In this document: piece by piece, positions 9,024 to 19,057 of the stretch
Position numbering within the stretch: the stretch's first letter is position 1
How the letters are laid out: each line of letters begins with the position of its first letter
NCBI GenBank assembly: GCA_050253415.1
Contig: JBFWJC010000007.1
Location: 18,668-82,667, forward strand
Source of the DNA: Pedobacter sp.
GTDB taxonomy: Bacteria; Desulfobacterota; Desulfuromonadia; Desulfuromonadales; Syntrophotaleaceae
Reading direction: 5' to 3'
DNA length: 64,000 bases
Notes under the pieces: model-generated
Databases searched by the model: none
Told to the model about the DNA's origin: nothing
The model's input: only the letters and a program-made list of their open reading frames with translations
Made by a program: the position numbers and the translations under genes

Positions 9024-9720
9024 CAATAGGCCTCCCGGCAATGACAGCAAAAGGATTGGTAGTAACCAGATCAAGCGCAGCCGATGTCCCGATAATAGCT
9101 GCGGCTTCTTCAACCGCAGGAGAAAGAACGGGGAGCCGGTAGGTTGGAGAGTGTGCATCTGTAGCCAAAAAATGAACCCGATGTTTTTTCAGCAGGTAAA
9201 TCGCACAATCCCTGGCATCAGCACCAAAGTTTCCTGTCAGACTGCCGGCCGTTACCTGCACGAGACAACCCGCATCAACCAACCGGAACAACAGTTCCGG
9301 GTCCCGAACTATCGAAGGGTTCCGTTCCGGATGGGTAATGATAGGCTGAAGACCAGCAAGCAGGATCTTAAAAACGATTTCGTTCGCATTACGTGGTAAA
9401 TGACTGTGCGGAAATTCAAGCAGGAAATACGGACCATTGTTAATAGTGTAACAAGCTATCAATTTAGGCGGCAATACGGAACTCACATCAGCTCCCCTCA
9501 AAATCTGCGGGGAAACAAATTTGCCTTGTAACTTTTCGTTGAATTGCTGAACCTGCTCATCAAGAAATGCCGGTGAATGAATATCACCTTTAATATGCGG
9601 TGTAGCCACGATATGGGATATACCATCTTCCGCAGCTATACGAGCCATCTTTAATGAATCAGATAACGTTGCGGCCCCATCATCTATTCCAGGTAAGATG
9701 TGACAGTGGATATCAACCAT
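9016..9720 (-). CDS. PHP-family protein-tyrosine phosphatase (CpsB/CapC/YwqE type)
   Basis: 234 aa. The opening MVDIHCHILPGIDDGA is the signature of the manganese-dependent capsule tyrosine phosphatases. It sits directly downstream of the tyrosine autokinase gene. Confidence 0.85.
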   Translation of the reverse strand: MVDIHCHILPGIDDGAATLSDSLKMARIAAEDGISHIVATPHIKGDIHSPAFLDEQVQQFNEKLQGKFVSPQILRGADVSSVLPPKLIACYTINNGPYFLLEFPHSHLPRNANEIVFKILLAGLQPIITHPERNPSIVRDPELLFRLVDAGCLVQVTAGSLTGNFGADARDCAIYLLKKHRVHFLATDAHSPTYRLPVLSPAVEEAAAIIGTSAALDLVTTNPFAVIAGRPIDE

Positions 9721-9834
9721 AATATGGTAACACTAAGCCTCCTATTAGCCTACAAGAGTAACCTCACTACATGATTCATCGGTCGCAGGAAATGATTGAT
9801 GACGTTCCGAATAAAAACAGCGATCATCCAGAGT

Positions 9835-12054
9835 CTAATTCTTATTGTCTTGCGTCTGACATTTTGGCGATTCGTAATAATCATAGGAGCTTTGATGGTA
9901 ATAGCCGCTCTTTGCTGGATCATGGCGATTGATGACTATACCAAGTACCCTTGCACTAATATCTTGAAGCATTTTCAGGGACCGCTCCACAATATCAAAA
10001 GTGGTCTGCCCAGCATTACTCACCAAGATGACACCATCAAATAACCGACCCAGTATACGCGTATCAGCGACAGGCAAAAGCGGTGGGGCATCACAAATAA
10101 TAAAATCGAAGTCATGACTAGCCGTTTCCAACAAGGTTTGCAAACGTTTTGAAGTTAACAGCTCTGAAGGATTAGGTGGAATAGGACCAGCCGGTATAAT
10201 TGCCATGTGAGGCAGCGGTCCCTTATGCATAATCGGCGCATCCACATCCCCTGCAAGAAAATTACTGAGTCCTTTAACATTGCTGATCTTGAAAATTTTA
10301 TGGAAACGAGGTCTGCGCAGGTCTCCTTCAATGAGTAGAACCCGATGATTTGACTGTGCTGTACTCAAAGCTAGATTGGCGGCGGTTGTGGTCTTCCCCT
10401 CCCCCATAACAGAACTAGTTATAAGAATCTTCTTGGGGGGATTATCCGGAAAAGATAGTTGGATGGCCGTTCGAATACTACGGAAACTTTCCGCCAAGGC
10501 AGACTGCGGTTCGGTAACGACCATATTTTCCAAATGATCAGCATTCCTTTTGCGTTGGATCACTCCGATGACAGGCACTCCTAGCACAGCTTCTACGTCC
10601 TCAGGGTCCTTGATTGTATTGTCCAGATATTCCAGGAAGAACACCAGGGCGATACCGCCAAGCACTCCAAGTAAAATCCCGATCTGAAGATTTAAAGCAA
10701 CCCATGGTTTAGAAGGTTTAAGGGGTACCGTAGCTTTTTCCACCAGCCAGAGGTTAACCGGTTGGGTTTCTTCGGTAATACTTTGTTCTCTTAGTTTTAG
10801 CAACAGGGCATCGTATAAGGTCCGATTGGTATCGATAACTCTTTTCAGTTGCCCATATTGAATAAATTTCTCATTTAGCACCAAGGCTTCCGTTTTACTG
10901 TTTTCCAGTTTTTGACGGAGACTTCTTTCATTAGAAAACGCAAGTTCGTATTCGTTTTTGATGGATTCGACAATACGCTCGATTTCTTGATTGCGCTTTC
11001 TCTGCAAAATCTGAAGATCCCCCCGGGTTTTAACCATCAGAGGGTGTTTGGGACCGAACTTATTCCCCAACTCCATCATCGATTTTTCGGTTTCCACAAT
11101 TTGGGCACGAAGGGCTTGCAATGCAGGATCTGAAGCAATCGCAGAAATAGTCTGGGCAGACTGGTAATTCCTGCCGACAGACCGAACCTTACTGTAAAGT
11201 GCCTCAAGTTCCTTGCGTCGCGATTCGGCACGCAATAACTGGATATTGATTTCCGACAACCTTTCGGGAGTGACGGTCATGCGATTCTCAATCGTCACCA
11301 TATTATTGGCTTTCATATAATCTTGCAGGGCCTGCTCCGACTCTTGGAGTTTAATCGCCTCAGCCTCAGCCTTTTGCGTCATCCAATCTAGACGTCTTCG
11401 CGTAGAGTCCAGTTTCATTTCGAGGATTTCCTCGATATAAGCCTTCGCCGTCGTATTAGCGATAAGAGCTGCCAACTCCGGATTCGGAGAGAAAAAATTA
11501 ATATTAATTATGCGACTTTCCAAGACAGGACGAACCTGTATTTCTTCGCTGATCTCAATAGCAATTTTTTCGGCATCCGACAATTGTCCCCGTTCTTGTT
11601 CCTCTGGAGCCTGCCGTCTCATAAATAAGTTTCGGACGTTTATATAAAAGTTTTTTATTTTCGGCAGGATAATACCCAGAGATGAGTTACGCCCGGAATG
11701 TTTGCCATAAAAAGCTTCGGGATTCTTATCCAGACCCAACGTTTGTACGACTCGCCGTGCTACGGCGCGACTTTTAATCAACTGAAACTGGGTTCCGTAA
11801 AACTCGGGATCTGTACTTCTACTGACGTATCTCCCGGTCAGGTTATCGCCTTCCGCTTTCTCGATCATGATTTTGGTGTTTCCCTCGTACAGGGGGGTAG
11901 AAGCAAACGTATAGAGCAACACCAGGGAGAAAATGGTAATGAAAAATCCGACCAGGACATTCCTGCGCTTTTTTAATACCCTGAAAATGTCTCTTAAATG
12001 AAGGTATTGATGTTTGATCAGCATAGAGATATCACCTTCCTGACTATCAATCAT
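9835..12054 (-). CDS. polysaccharide co-polymerase / BY-tyrosine autokinase (Wzc/EpsG-like)
   Basis: 739 aa with an N-terminal TM, a long coiled-coil periplasmic region and a second TM. Motifs: Walker A SVMGEGKTTTAANLA, Walker A' LLIEGDLRRP, Walker B DFIICDAPPLL, and a C-terminal Tyr cluster SGYYHQSSYDYYESP. Confidence 0.9.
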   Translation of the reverse strand: MIDSQEGDISMLIKHQYLHLRDIFRVLKKRRNVLVGFFITIFSLVLLYTFASTPLYEGNTKIMIEKAEGDNLTGRYVSRSTDPEFYGTQFQLIKSRAVARRVVQTLGLDKNPEAFYGKHSGRNSSLGIILPKIKNFYINVRNLFMRRQAPEEQERGQLSDAEKIAIEISEEIQVRPVLESRIININFFSPNPELAALIANTTAKAYIEEILEMKLDSTRRRLDWMTQKAEAEAIKLQESEQALQDYMKANNMVTIENRMTVTPERLSEINIQLLRAESRRKELEALYSKVRSVGRNYQSAQTISAIASDPALQALRAQIVETEKSMMELGNKFGPKHPLMVKTRGDLQILQRKRNQEIERIVESIKNEYELAFSNERSLRQKLENSKTEALVLNEKFIQYGQLKRVIDTNRTLYDALLLKLREQSITEETQPVNLWLVEKATVPLKPSKPWVALNLQIGILLGVLGGIALVFFLEYLDNTIKDPEDVEAVLGVPVIGVIQRKRNADHLENMVVTEPQSALAESFRSIRTAIQLSFPDNPPKKILITSSVMGEGKTTTAANLALSTAQSNHRVLLIEGDLRRPRFHKIFKISNVKGLSNFLAGDVDAPIMHKGPLPHMAIIPAGPIPPNPSELLTSKRLQTLLETASHDFDFIICDAPPLLPVADTRILGRLFDGVILVSNAGQTTFDIVERSLKMLQDISARVLGIVINRHDPAKSGYYHQSSYDYYESPKCQTQDNKN

Positions 12055-12085
12055 TCAGCACTAGAATTCTCACAATCATAAACGA

Positions 12086-12892
12086 TCAGAAAAAACTTTC
12101 AGGAACCAAAATAACGTCATCCGGTTTAACCGGCGTGTGAAGCGGCACCTTTTCCAGAACGCGCTCGCTGCCGTTGACCTGGCGAATGATCTGGATCCGT
12201 TTTTGGGAGGCCAGTTCGGTAAATCCACCGGCCATGGTAACGGCTTTTATAACGGAGGTACCCGTCTCGAATTTATAGGCATCGGGCTTTTTAACCTGCC
12301 CCGTCACATAAAACACGCCGGCTTTTGAAACGAAGATACTGTCGCCACCGCGGATGGTAAGTTTTGAATTTGCCCCGGTTCTTTCCATAAGATTTTTTAA
12401 ATTCACCGTAATGGTGTCGTCCTGGTCGGGGTTGGCAGGATTCTTTCGTTTGATGGTCACATCATCCCCGGCCTCATCGGTCAACCCTCCGGCTTTGGAA
12501 ATCAACTCCATAAGTGTAGTGGCCCCGCTCAATTCATAAAGACCGGGAACAACCACCTCGCCCATAATGGTGGCTTTCTGACTGCCGAATTTTTCTACAA
12601 AGACCGAAACCTGCGGATCGAGGATATAGCCCTGAGCCAGCTTGGAAGCTATTTTCTGGGCCACCTCGGATATGGACAGGCCATCGATTGCAATTTCTCC
12701 AACCAGGGGAAACAGGATAACCCCCTTGCCACTGACCCGAGTGGTTGTATTCAAATCCGGGCTGTCGTATACCATGACCTTGAGGACATCTCCTTCCCCC
12801 ACCCGATAATCCAATTCTTCCGCTGTGGCAGTATTTCCACAAAGGACTATCAGCAACAGGATTAAAACTAATCTGGAAATCTGCCTTGTCAT
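12086..12892 (-). CDS. periplasmic/outer-membrane polysaccharide export protein (Wza-like, Poly_export + SLBB)
   Basis: 268 aa with a signal peptide. YRVGEGDVLKVMVYDSPDL is the Poly_export motif, and SLBB-like repeats follow. Confidence 0.85.
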   Translation of the reverse strand: MTRQISRLVLILLLIVLCGNTATAEELDYRVGEGDVLKVMVYDSPDLNTTTRVSGKGVILFPLVGEIAIDGLSISEVAQKIASKLAQGYILDPQVSVFVEKFGSQKATIMGEVVVPGLYELSGATTLMELISKAGGLTDEAGDDVTIKRKNPANPDQDDTITVNLKNLMERTGANSKLTIRGGDSIFVSKAGVFYVTGQVKKPDAYKFETGTSVIKAVTMAGGFTELASQKRIQIIRQVNGSERVLEKVPLHTPVKPDDVILVPESFF

Positions 12893-12949
12893 GACTATCT
12901 CCTCATTGGCTATCGTGTTTTATGGAACCAGAATCGCCAGATAGGTTTA

Positions 12950-14287
12950 CTAAAGTGAAAAAATGAAGTTGATATAGACATTATTCTTATCGTATTCAGA
13001 TGTCTTGATATTGGAGTCGCGTTTAACAAAGGAATAACCGCCGGACAAGGCCAACCAGTTGGTCAAAGTGTATTTTACATCGAATCCAACCGTCCCGCGG
13101 TTATCTTCACGATCAAATCCACCTTCATATTTTGTATTTTCATAAGTTGCGATTACAGATCCTAAAAGCTTGGTTGTAAAACGCTGGTAATAACGAAATA
13201 GCATTCTGTGGGAAATCGTATAATCGGCACCAGAACTGTCGGTTTCACCGGTCGTGCGCGAGGCACGCAGTTCCATATAGGTTTTGGGCGTAAACCGGTG
13301 CAAGAACTGAAGCTCTGCCAGTATATTAGTGACATTGTCCAGTCCGGATTGATCATAATCCTTTTCGCCCACACCGGCCATCAACCGCCAGCGTGACTTG
13401 CGGGTTTGTTCCCACTGCAGGCCCAGATAAACACGGTTTTCGTCACTATCGGATTGTTCTGCTTTATCGTAATCGATTGTGATGAAATTATATTCGAAAA
13501 GCGCAGAGGTTTTAGGCAGGAACCGATAGAACCCTCGCCACATAAAACTGTGATCGTCGCGATCACGAAACTGATTTTTGGTTTGATCATAGCTCAGGCT
13601 GTAAAAGCCATACTCGGCTTCCATAGAGGTCTTTGAACTTATTTCATAACCGATTACCGCATTTATAAGATTGGATTTGAACTTATCCAGGGTGTCGCTG
13701 GATCCGGTGTTGTAAGCGTCGTGATTCAACTCATAGATGTCCAACAATTCGATGGATAACCCGCCACGGAAATTGTAGCGGAGGTATCCTTCTGCTCTTT
13801 GATTAACGTGATCCTCCGATGTGAATCGGCTGTGTCGCAGAATATCCGCCTGATAACTGCCGTAGCCTTGAAGGCGAGATTTAGCCTTGGAGCGAAAACG
13901 ACTCAGGGATAGGCCTCCCGGTGCGGTATTGAGGGTGCGAAGTTGACGAATCGGATATTTGCTGGCAGGTAGTGTCATCCAGATTCCCGGTGTGATTCGG
14001 GTAAAAAAATCGCTTTTGCGATTGTACTCATCACTGAAAAGGTTATCTGTAAAATATTCGCCAATCGCCAGATAAGGATGAACATATCCGGTTTTTGATC
14101 CGAGGATTTCGCCAATCCTATTGGTCGTAGTGCCTTGTTCAAAAGGACTTTCGCTATAAGCCAGGGCTGGCATTTCAATAGCAGGACTTACCTCCATCTC
14201 ACCGGTTTCAACAACCCCTTCCTCTGCTAAGGCCGGTTGACAAGTGAGAAACACCAACATAAAAAACCACACCATTCTGCATTTCAT
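12950..14287 (-). CDS. outer-membrane beta-barrel protein of the EPS locus (EpsL-like)
   Basis: ORF track 12950..14326 was trimmed to the ATG at 14287, which has the SD GGGAGAG. The signal peptide is MKCRMVWFFMLVFLTCQPALA. The body is a long series of alternating amphipathic strands (YLRYNFRGGLSIELL, VIGYEISSKTSMEAEYGFYSL, TVGFDVKYTLTNWLALSGGYSF). Confidence 0.6.
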   Translation of the reverse strand: MKCRMVWFFMLVFLTCQPALAEEGVVETGEMEVSPAIEMPALAYSESPFEQGTTTNRIGEILGSKTGYVHPYLAIGEYFTDNLFSDEYNRKSDFFTRITPGIWMTLPASKYPIRQLRTLNTAPGGLSLSRFRSKAKSRLQGYGSYQADILRHSRFTSEDHVNQRAEGYLRYNFRGGLSIELLDIYELNHDAYNTGSSDTLDKFKSNLINAVIGYEISSKTSMEAEYGFYSLSYDQTKNQFRDRDDHSFMWRGFYRFLPKTSALFEYNFITIDYDKAEQSDSDENRVYLGLQWEQTRKSRWRLMAGVGEKDYDQSGLDNVTNILAELQFLHRFTPKTYMELRASRTTGETDSSGADYTISHRMLFRYYQRFTTKLLGSVIATYENTKYEGGFDREDNRGTVGFDVKYTLTNWLALSGGYSFVKRDSNIKTSEYDKNNVYINFIFSL

Positions 14288-14390
14288 AGCACTCTCCCGG
14301 TTAAAAATTACTATTTGTTGCTGCAACGGCCAACGTCCATGTGAGCAATCATTCCGCCAAATTGATTTTTCGTGATTTATTTGAAAAATA

Positions 14391-16334
14391 TTAACCGGTA
14401 AAATTTATACTCTTCCCGACTCCCTCTTCAGGCTTGGATTCCAAGTGTGTCGCTACCTGACTTGTATGAAATTCCGGCACCATATTTTTAAGAAGGTTGA
14501 TAATTTCTGTCTGATCACCACGCCGTATCGCCTTGAACAGCAACTCTGTTTCCTCCTTCACCAATCCGTTGGGAGAACTGGTAGCTTCCACTACGCGAAT
14601 TTTTTCATGCATCGTAGGTTTGATACCTTCTCCGTCGATCAGCAATTCCTCAAATAACTTTTCACCGGCTCGCAACCCCGTGAAAGTAATTTCGATATCT
14701 TCGTATGGCCGCCTCCCAGAAAGACGAATCATTTCTTCCGCCAGACGAATGATTTTTACCGGCTCACCCATATCGAGAAGAAAAATTTCCCCCCCGTATC
14801 CCATGCACCCAGCCTGAAGTACCAACTGAACTGCTTCTGGAATGGTCATGAAAAAGCGCGTTATTTCGGGATGGGTTACTGTAACCGGCCCACCTTTTAA
14901 TATTTGCTCCCTAAAAATAGGAATGACACTACCATGACTGCCTAACACATTACCGAACCGAACCGTTGTTGCCTTGGTGGAACCGTTGCGCGGCAGACTC
15001 TGAGCGTAGATCTCTGCCACCCGTTTAGTCGTGCCCATGATATTGGTCGGGTTGACTGCCTTGTCAGTGGAAATCAGTACAAAGTGCTCAGCGCCATTCT
15101 CGAAGCTTGCGTCGATGATATTGCGTGTTCCCAGAACATTATTTTTTACCACCTGAACCGGATTGATTTCCGACATGGGCACATGCTTGTAAGCCGCCGC
15201 ATGAAAAACCACTTGTGGCTTGTATTTTTCAAACACTTGGGAAACGCGCGTCTTGTCCCGTATGTCGCTGAGACTGGGAACGAGAATTATACTTGGAAAT
15301 TTTTCCCGCAATTCATTTTCTAGGTGAAACAGCGGTGTTTCGGCATTTTCAAACATCACCAGATTTTCCGGACCAAACTGAGCCACCTGACGACAGATCT
15401 CGCTGCCGATACTTCCAGCGGCCCCGGTGACCAACACACGTTTACCGTGCAGATACTTTTTGATTTCCTCGACATCTAAACGAATCGGTGATCTCCCCAA
15501 GAGATCCTCAAGTCTAACTTCCCGGCAGTGTTGCAGAGATACCTGGCCCGTGATGATGTCCCCCATTGCCGGTAGTATCTTGGATTCGATCTTGTTTTCC
15601 TTGCAAAAAGCTACAATGTTTCGCAATTCTTTTGGCTGGACTGATGACTCGGCAACAATAATCAGATCGATATCATTTTTACCGCAGATTTTTGACATAT
15701 CTTCCAAGGTACCAAGCACCGGTATACCGTTGAAGACTTTCCCCTTGCGTTCCTGGTCTCTATCAATGAACCCCAATACTGCTTTCAGCATCTTGGGATT
15801 CTCGCGCATCTCTTTAACAATGCTCTGGGCAACAATGCCGGACCCAACAACCAATACGCTTTTTTTCTTCTTTCGATAATTCTTGGAAAGCTGCCTTCTT
15901 TGCTCCCGGAGTATGCGAACCGAAACCCGCACGCCGATCATGGTCATGAAACATATAAGGAAATCGAGAACAATAACCGATCGCGGCAAGTTATCCATTT
16001 CTCGAACGAATACGGCATACAGAACGACACCAAAAGAAGCCACCACATTGGCTTTTAAAATCTGCAACAAATCCGGAATTGAAACGTAGCGCCACCAGCC
16101 ATCGGCCATCCCCATTGTTCGAAAAACCAAAAGCTTCAATAGCAATACGACAGGAAGCATTTCCAAAATCGATGGCCATAATTTAGATGGGACCTGCAGA
16201 TCGTAACGCAGCGAGAAGGCAAAAATCAGTGAAGAAGTGGTGACTAAAAGATGAAATAATAGGATAAAGGTCCTGCGAACCCTGTTATCTAGAACCAGAC
16301 TCCAAGGATTTGGGGCTGTTTTTTCCTTTGACAT
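14391..16334 (-). CDS. membrane-anchored nucleotide-sugar 4,6-dehydratase (CapD/WbpM/PglF family)
   Basis: 647 aa with four N-terminal TM spans followed by two Rossmann folds (VLVVGSGIVAQ; VLVTGAAGSIGSE). The rest shows typical CapD-family conservation (FHAAAYKHVP, STDKAVNPTNIMGTTKR). Confidence 0.85.
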   Translation of the reverse strand: MSKEKTAPNPWSLVLDNRVRRTFILLFHLLVTTSSLIFAFSLRYDLQVPSKLWPSILEMLPVVLLLKLLVFRTMGMADGWWRYVSIPDLLQILKANVVASFGVVLYAVFVREMDNLPRSVIVLDFLICFMTMIGVRVSVRILREQRRQLSKNYRKKKKSVLVVGSGIVAQSIVKEMRENPKMLKAVLGFIDRDQERKGKVFNGIPVLGTLEDMSKICGKNDIDLIIVAESSVQPKELRNIVAFCKENKIESKILPAMGDIITGQVSLQHCREVRLEDLLGRSPIRLDVEEIKKYLHGKRVLVTGAAGSIGSEICRQVAQFGPENLVMFENAETPLFHLENELREKFPSIILVPSLSDIRDKTRVSQVFEKYKPQVVFHAAAYKHVPMSEINPVQVVKNNVLGTRNIIDASFENGAEHFVLISTDKAVNPTNIMGTTKRVAEIYAQSLPRNGSTKATTVRFGNVLGSHGSVIPIFREQILKGGPVTVTHPEITRFFMTIPEAVQLVLQAGCMGYGGEIFLLDMGEPVKIIRLAEEMIRLSGRRPYEDIEITFTGLRAGEKLFEELLIDGEGIKPTMHEKIRVVEATSSPNGLVKEETELLFKAIRRGDQTEIINLLKNMVPEFHTSQVATHLESKPEEGVGKSINFTG

Positions 16335-16867
16335 GTAAAACCTCCCTTTCCATCCGATACTAGAGCTTGGATATCCCCCAAACAGGGCTGCTCCGATGTC
16401 ACTTAATATGTTTAATTGATAACATGACTGATCGGGTTGTCAACATAAGCCGCAGAATGCTTTTTACCGTTGTGGTGGCTTGACTCGATGAAACCTATTC
16501 CCAAGTTGGCAAATCAAAGAAGGAGTAAAGAGTAAAAATGCTAGATAAAAGGTTTTCTGCTCGGAGTTTTCATATGATTTAAACGAGTGGATCATGTGGG
16601 AAATAATATCGAGTAAGTGCCAAAAAAACATGATAAACAAGGCACATAAATTAAAGCCTTTACGGGTATTAAGTTGAATCGAGGCTAACCTTAAGAGAGT
16701 CTTATTCAAAATACAGGAGCAGCAGGGATAATAAAGTGGAGTCAATCAGACATTGCAATCAATCGCCAATCAATGCTTTTATAAAAAGATCTAAAAGGTA
16801 AGAACCACTTTCAAAACTTGAAAGAAAACTTTAGATGCTCAATAAATCTGACACTAGCGCCGATGTT

Positions 16868-18082
16868 TTACCGGCATGCCATAAAAAGAACTTTTCTGAT
16901 GCGGTCCGCCATAATGTAAATATCATCACTTTTAAGGGTGGGATGAACGTGAAACATTACACTTGTATCATTTAGATGGCGCGCATTTGGTAATCGTTCA
17001 AGCGGTCCCAGCCCTGCATCCTTAAAAGCCTTTTCAAGATAAATTTCACCACAGATTCCAGTCATCCCGGGCACTCCGAGCTTTTCGAATGATTGCAGGA
17101 TACGCTGTCTATTCCAAGCAGGCTGCAAATAATCAGGGCATAAAAATCCGTAATATTTGTAGTAGGCATGCTCCATATGGGGGGGGGGTTGGGGCAGCCG
17201 CAAAACCGGAATACCATGCAATGCTTCCGTCAGAAGACGAGCATTTCGACGCCTTATACTTAACCATTCATCAAGTTTTATCAGAGCCATACAGCCTAAG
17301 GCGGCCTGCATCTCAGTCATGCGCCAATTTGTTCCGAAAGTATCGTATAACCAATGAAACCCAAGTTTTTTGTTTAGAGTGTGGGCAGCCGCATAATTTC
17401 TCCCATGGTCTTTATATGCCCAGGCCCTCTTCCACAAAGCCTTATCATTGGTAATCAGCATACCACCTTCGCCGCCAGTGGGCATGATTTTATCCGTGCA
17501 GAAAGAAAAAGCTCCAACATCACCAATGCTTCCCACCGATTTACCACGATAAGTCGCACCATGCGCTTGGGCGCAGTCCTCGATAACCTTCAAGGAATGT
17601 TTTCGGGCCAATTCCATGATGGGGTCCATTTCACAAGGACAACCGGCAAGATGAACAACTATAATCGCACGGGTACGTGGGGTAAGAACCTTGGCTACTG
17701 TGTCTGCGGTAATATTCTGACTATCCGTATCAACATCGGCGAAGATGGGTATAGCACCACACATCACCACCGCACTTGCTGAAGCAATAAAGCTTCGGCA
17801 GGTAGTTATCACTTCGTCGCCTGGGCCGATACCAAGGGCATGCAGAGAAAGTTCCAGGGCAACCGTTCCATTCGCCAAGGCAACGGCATAGCGGGCACCA
17901 AATCGTTTGGCAAATTCAACCTCGAACCTGTTCACATTCTCACCGGTCCAGTAATTAACCTTACCTGACTGCAAAACCCGGGTAACAGCCTTGATGTCAT
18001 CCTCATCAAAGACTGGCCATGGCGGCATCAACCAATCATCAGCGTCTATATTTGCCACGTTATTCACATTACACTTCGTCAT
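16868..18082 (-). CDS. DegT/DnrJ/EryC1/StrS-family sugar aminotransferase (PglE-like)
   Basis: 404 aa. It has the family architecture with the PLP-lysine region FSFCTDKIMPTGGEGGMLITND. It overlaps the upstream sugar-transferase gene by 14 nt. Confidence 0.85.
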   Translation of the reverse strand: MTKCNVNNVANIDADDWLMPPWPVFDEDDIKAVTRVLQSGKVNYWTGENVNRFEVEFAKRFGARYAVALANGTVALELSLHALGIGPGDEVITTCRSFIASASAVVMCGAIPIFADVDTDSQNITADTVAKVLTPRTRAIIVVHLAGCPCEMDPIMELARKHSLKVIEDCAQAHGATYRGKSVGSIGDVGAFSFCTDKIMPTGGEGGMLITNDKALWKRAWAYKDHGRNYAAAHTLNKKLGFHWLYDTFGTNWRMTEMQAALGCMALIKLDEWLSIRRRNARLLTEALHGIPVLRLPQPPPHMEHAYYKYYGFLCPDYLQPAWNRQRILQSFEKLGVPGMTGICGEIYLEKAFKDAGLGPLERLPNARHLNDTSVMFHVHPTLKSDDIYIMADRIRKVLFMACR

Positions 18083-18758
18083 GATTTCCTCTGGGAATCA
18101 TATGCTGCCTGGTTCCTCTATGTATTCCACCAGTTGAAGTCTCGCACCTTTCGATATCCAGGTCAGTTTCCACTAGGTCCGGATCGGCAGATACTCCTTG
18201 ACGATTCAGGACAAACAAGACAGTCTTCAATAAAATTCTACCATCCAGAAGCAAGGACCAGTTTTCGACATACCAAACATCCATTGCCAATCGCCTGTCC
18301 CACGGCAAACAGTTCCGCCCGTGAATCTGGGCCCAGCCGGTAATACCTGGACGTACCGTATGTCTTAGCCGTTCACGCTGACTGTACCAAGGCAGATAAT
18401 GACTATACAAAGGCCGAGGCCCCACTAGGCTCATATCACCCTTAAGAACATTGAACAACTCGGGCAATTCATCCAAACTGGTATTGCGCAAAATGCGGCC
18501 TAAAGAAGTCAGACGCACCCCATCGGGCAACAGATTACCGTCTTTGTCACGATCCATGCTCATGGTGCGAAATTTGTACAAAGTGAAGGGACGTTCATTC
18601 AACCCTGGTCGTACCTGTCGGAAAAAAACAGGTTTGCCTATTTTCCAACGCACCAAAAGCGACACCCCCAACAACAGGGGCAACAACAGCATTAATATGG
18701 TCCCCGCAAATAGAAGATCCAGACAACGTTTCAAAAGCATATTGCACTTAAGCTCCAT
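18069..18758 (-). CDS. small bacterial sugar transferase, initiating phosphoglycosyltransferase (PglC/WbaP C-terminal type), copy 1
   Basis: 229 aa with a single re-entrant N-terminal helix (KRCLDLLFAGTILMLLLPLLL). Motifs: FRQVRPG, YKFRTM, DELPELFNVLKGDMSLVGPRP. Confidence 0.85.
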   Translation of the reverse strand: MELKCNMLLKRCLDLLFAGTILMLLLPLLLGVSLLVRWKIGKPVFFRQVRPGLNERPFTLYKFRTMSMDRDKDGNLLPDGVRLTSLGRILRNTSLDELPELFNVLKGDMSLVGPRPLYSHYLPWYSQRERLRHTVRPGITGWAQIHGRNCLPWDRRLAMDVWYVENWSLLLDGRILLKTVLFVLNRQGVSADPDLVETDLDIERCETSTGGIHRGTRQHMIPRGNHDEV

Positions 18759-19057
18759 CCGTGGCTTTCCTATTCTTGGACGCTGCCCCGGCTAACAAAG
18801 CGATGGGACTTAATCACTCTAATTCCGTAAGGACATGATCGTCGCCCGGCGCTCCTTCTCTCCGAAATATCCCTTTATTGGGATAAGATCTTACGATGTC
18901 TTTTACATTTTACCAGATCAAGATAAACCTTTGTCTTATGCGCCATACGTGCGATGAATTTTAAGGCTTCAATATGACGACAAAAAGATTCTTACCATCA
19001 AAAAATAGTGAAATGATATCAAATCCATATCTCATACTTAACCTCCAGAAATGCATC

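Noticed and set aside
9024-9158. The N-terminal 45-codon extension of ORF 6714..9158, and likewise 3957..4118 of the PFK ORF.
   Set aside because: The extensions overlap the upstream gene or terminator. Internal ATGs with SD sequences or coupling give family-typical N-termini.
16464-16745. A 93-aa minus-strand ORF in the AT-rich gap of the EPS locus.
   Set aside because: It has no SD, AT-driven composition (F/L/I/K/N-rich) and no recognisable motif. It is probably a chance ORF.
18759-19057. A short ORF with a strong SD (GGAGG-N6-ATG at about 19033, MRYGFDIISLFFDGKNLFVVILKP*) downstream of the FemAB-like gene, considered as a truncated gene remnant.
   Set aside because: It is only 24 codons before a stop. 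Continuation in other frames did not give a recognisable family by eye, and I cannot confirm it without a database search.
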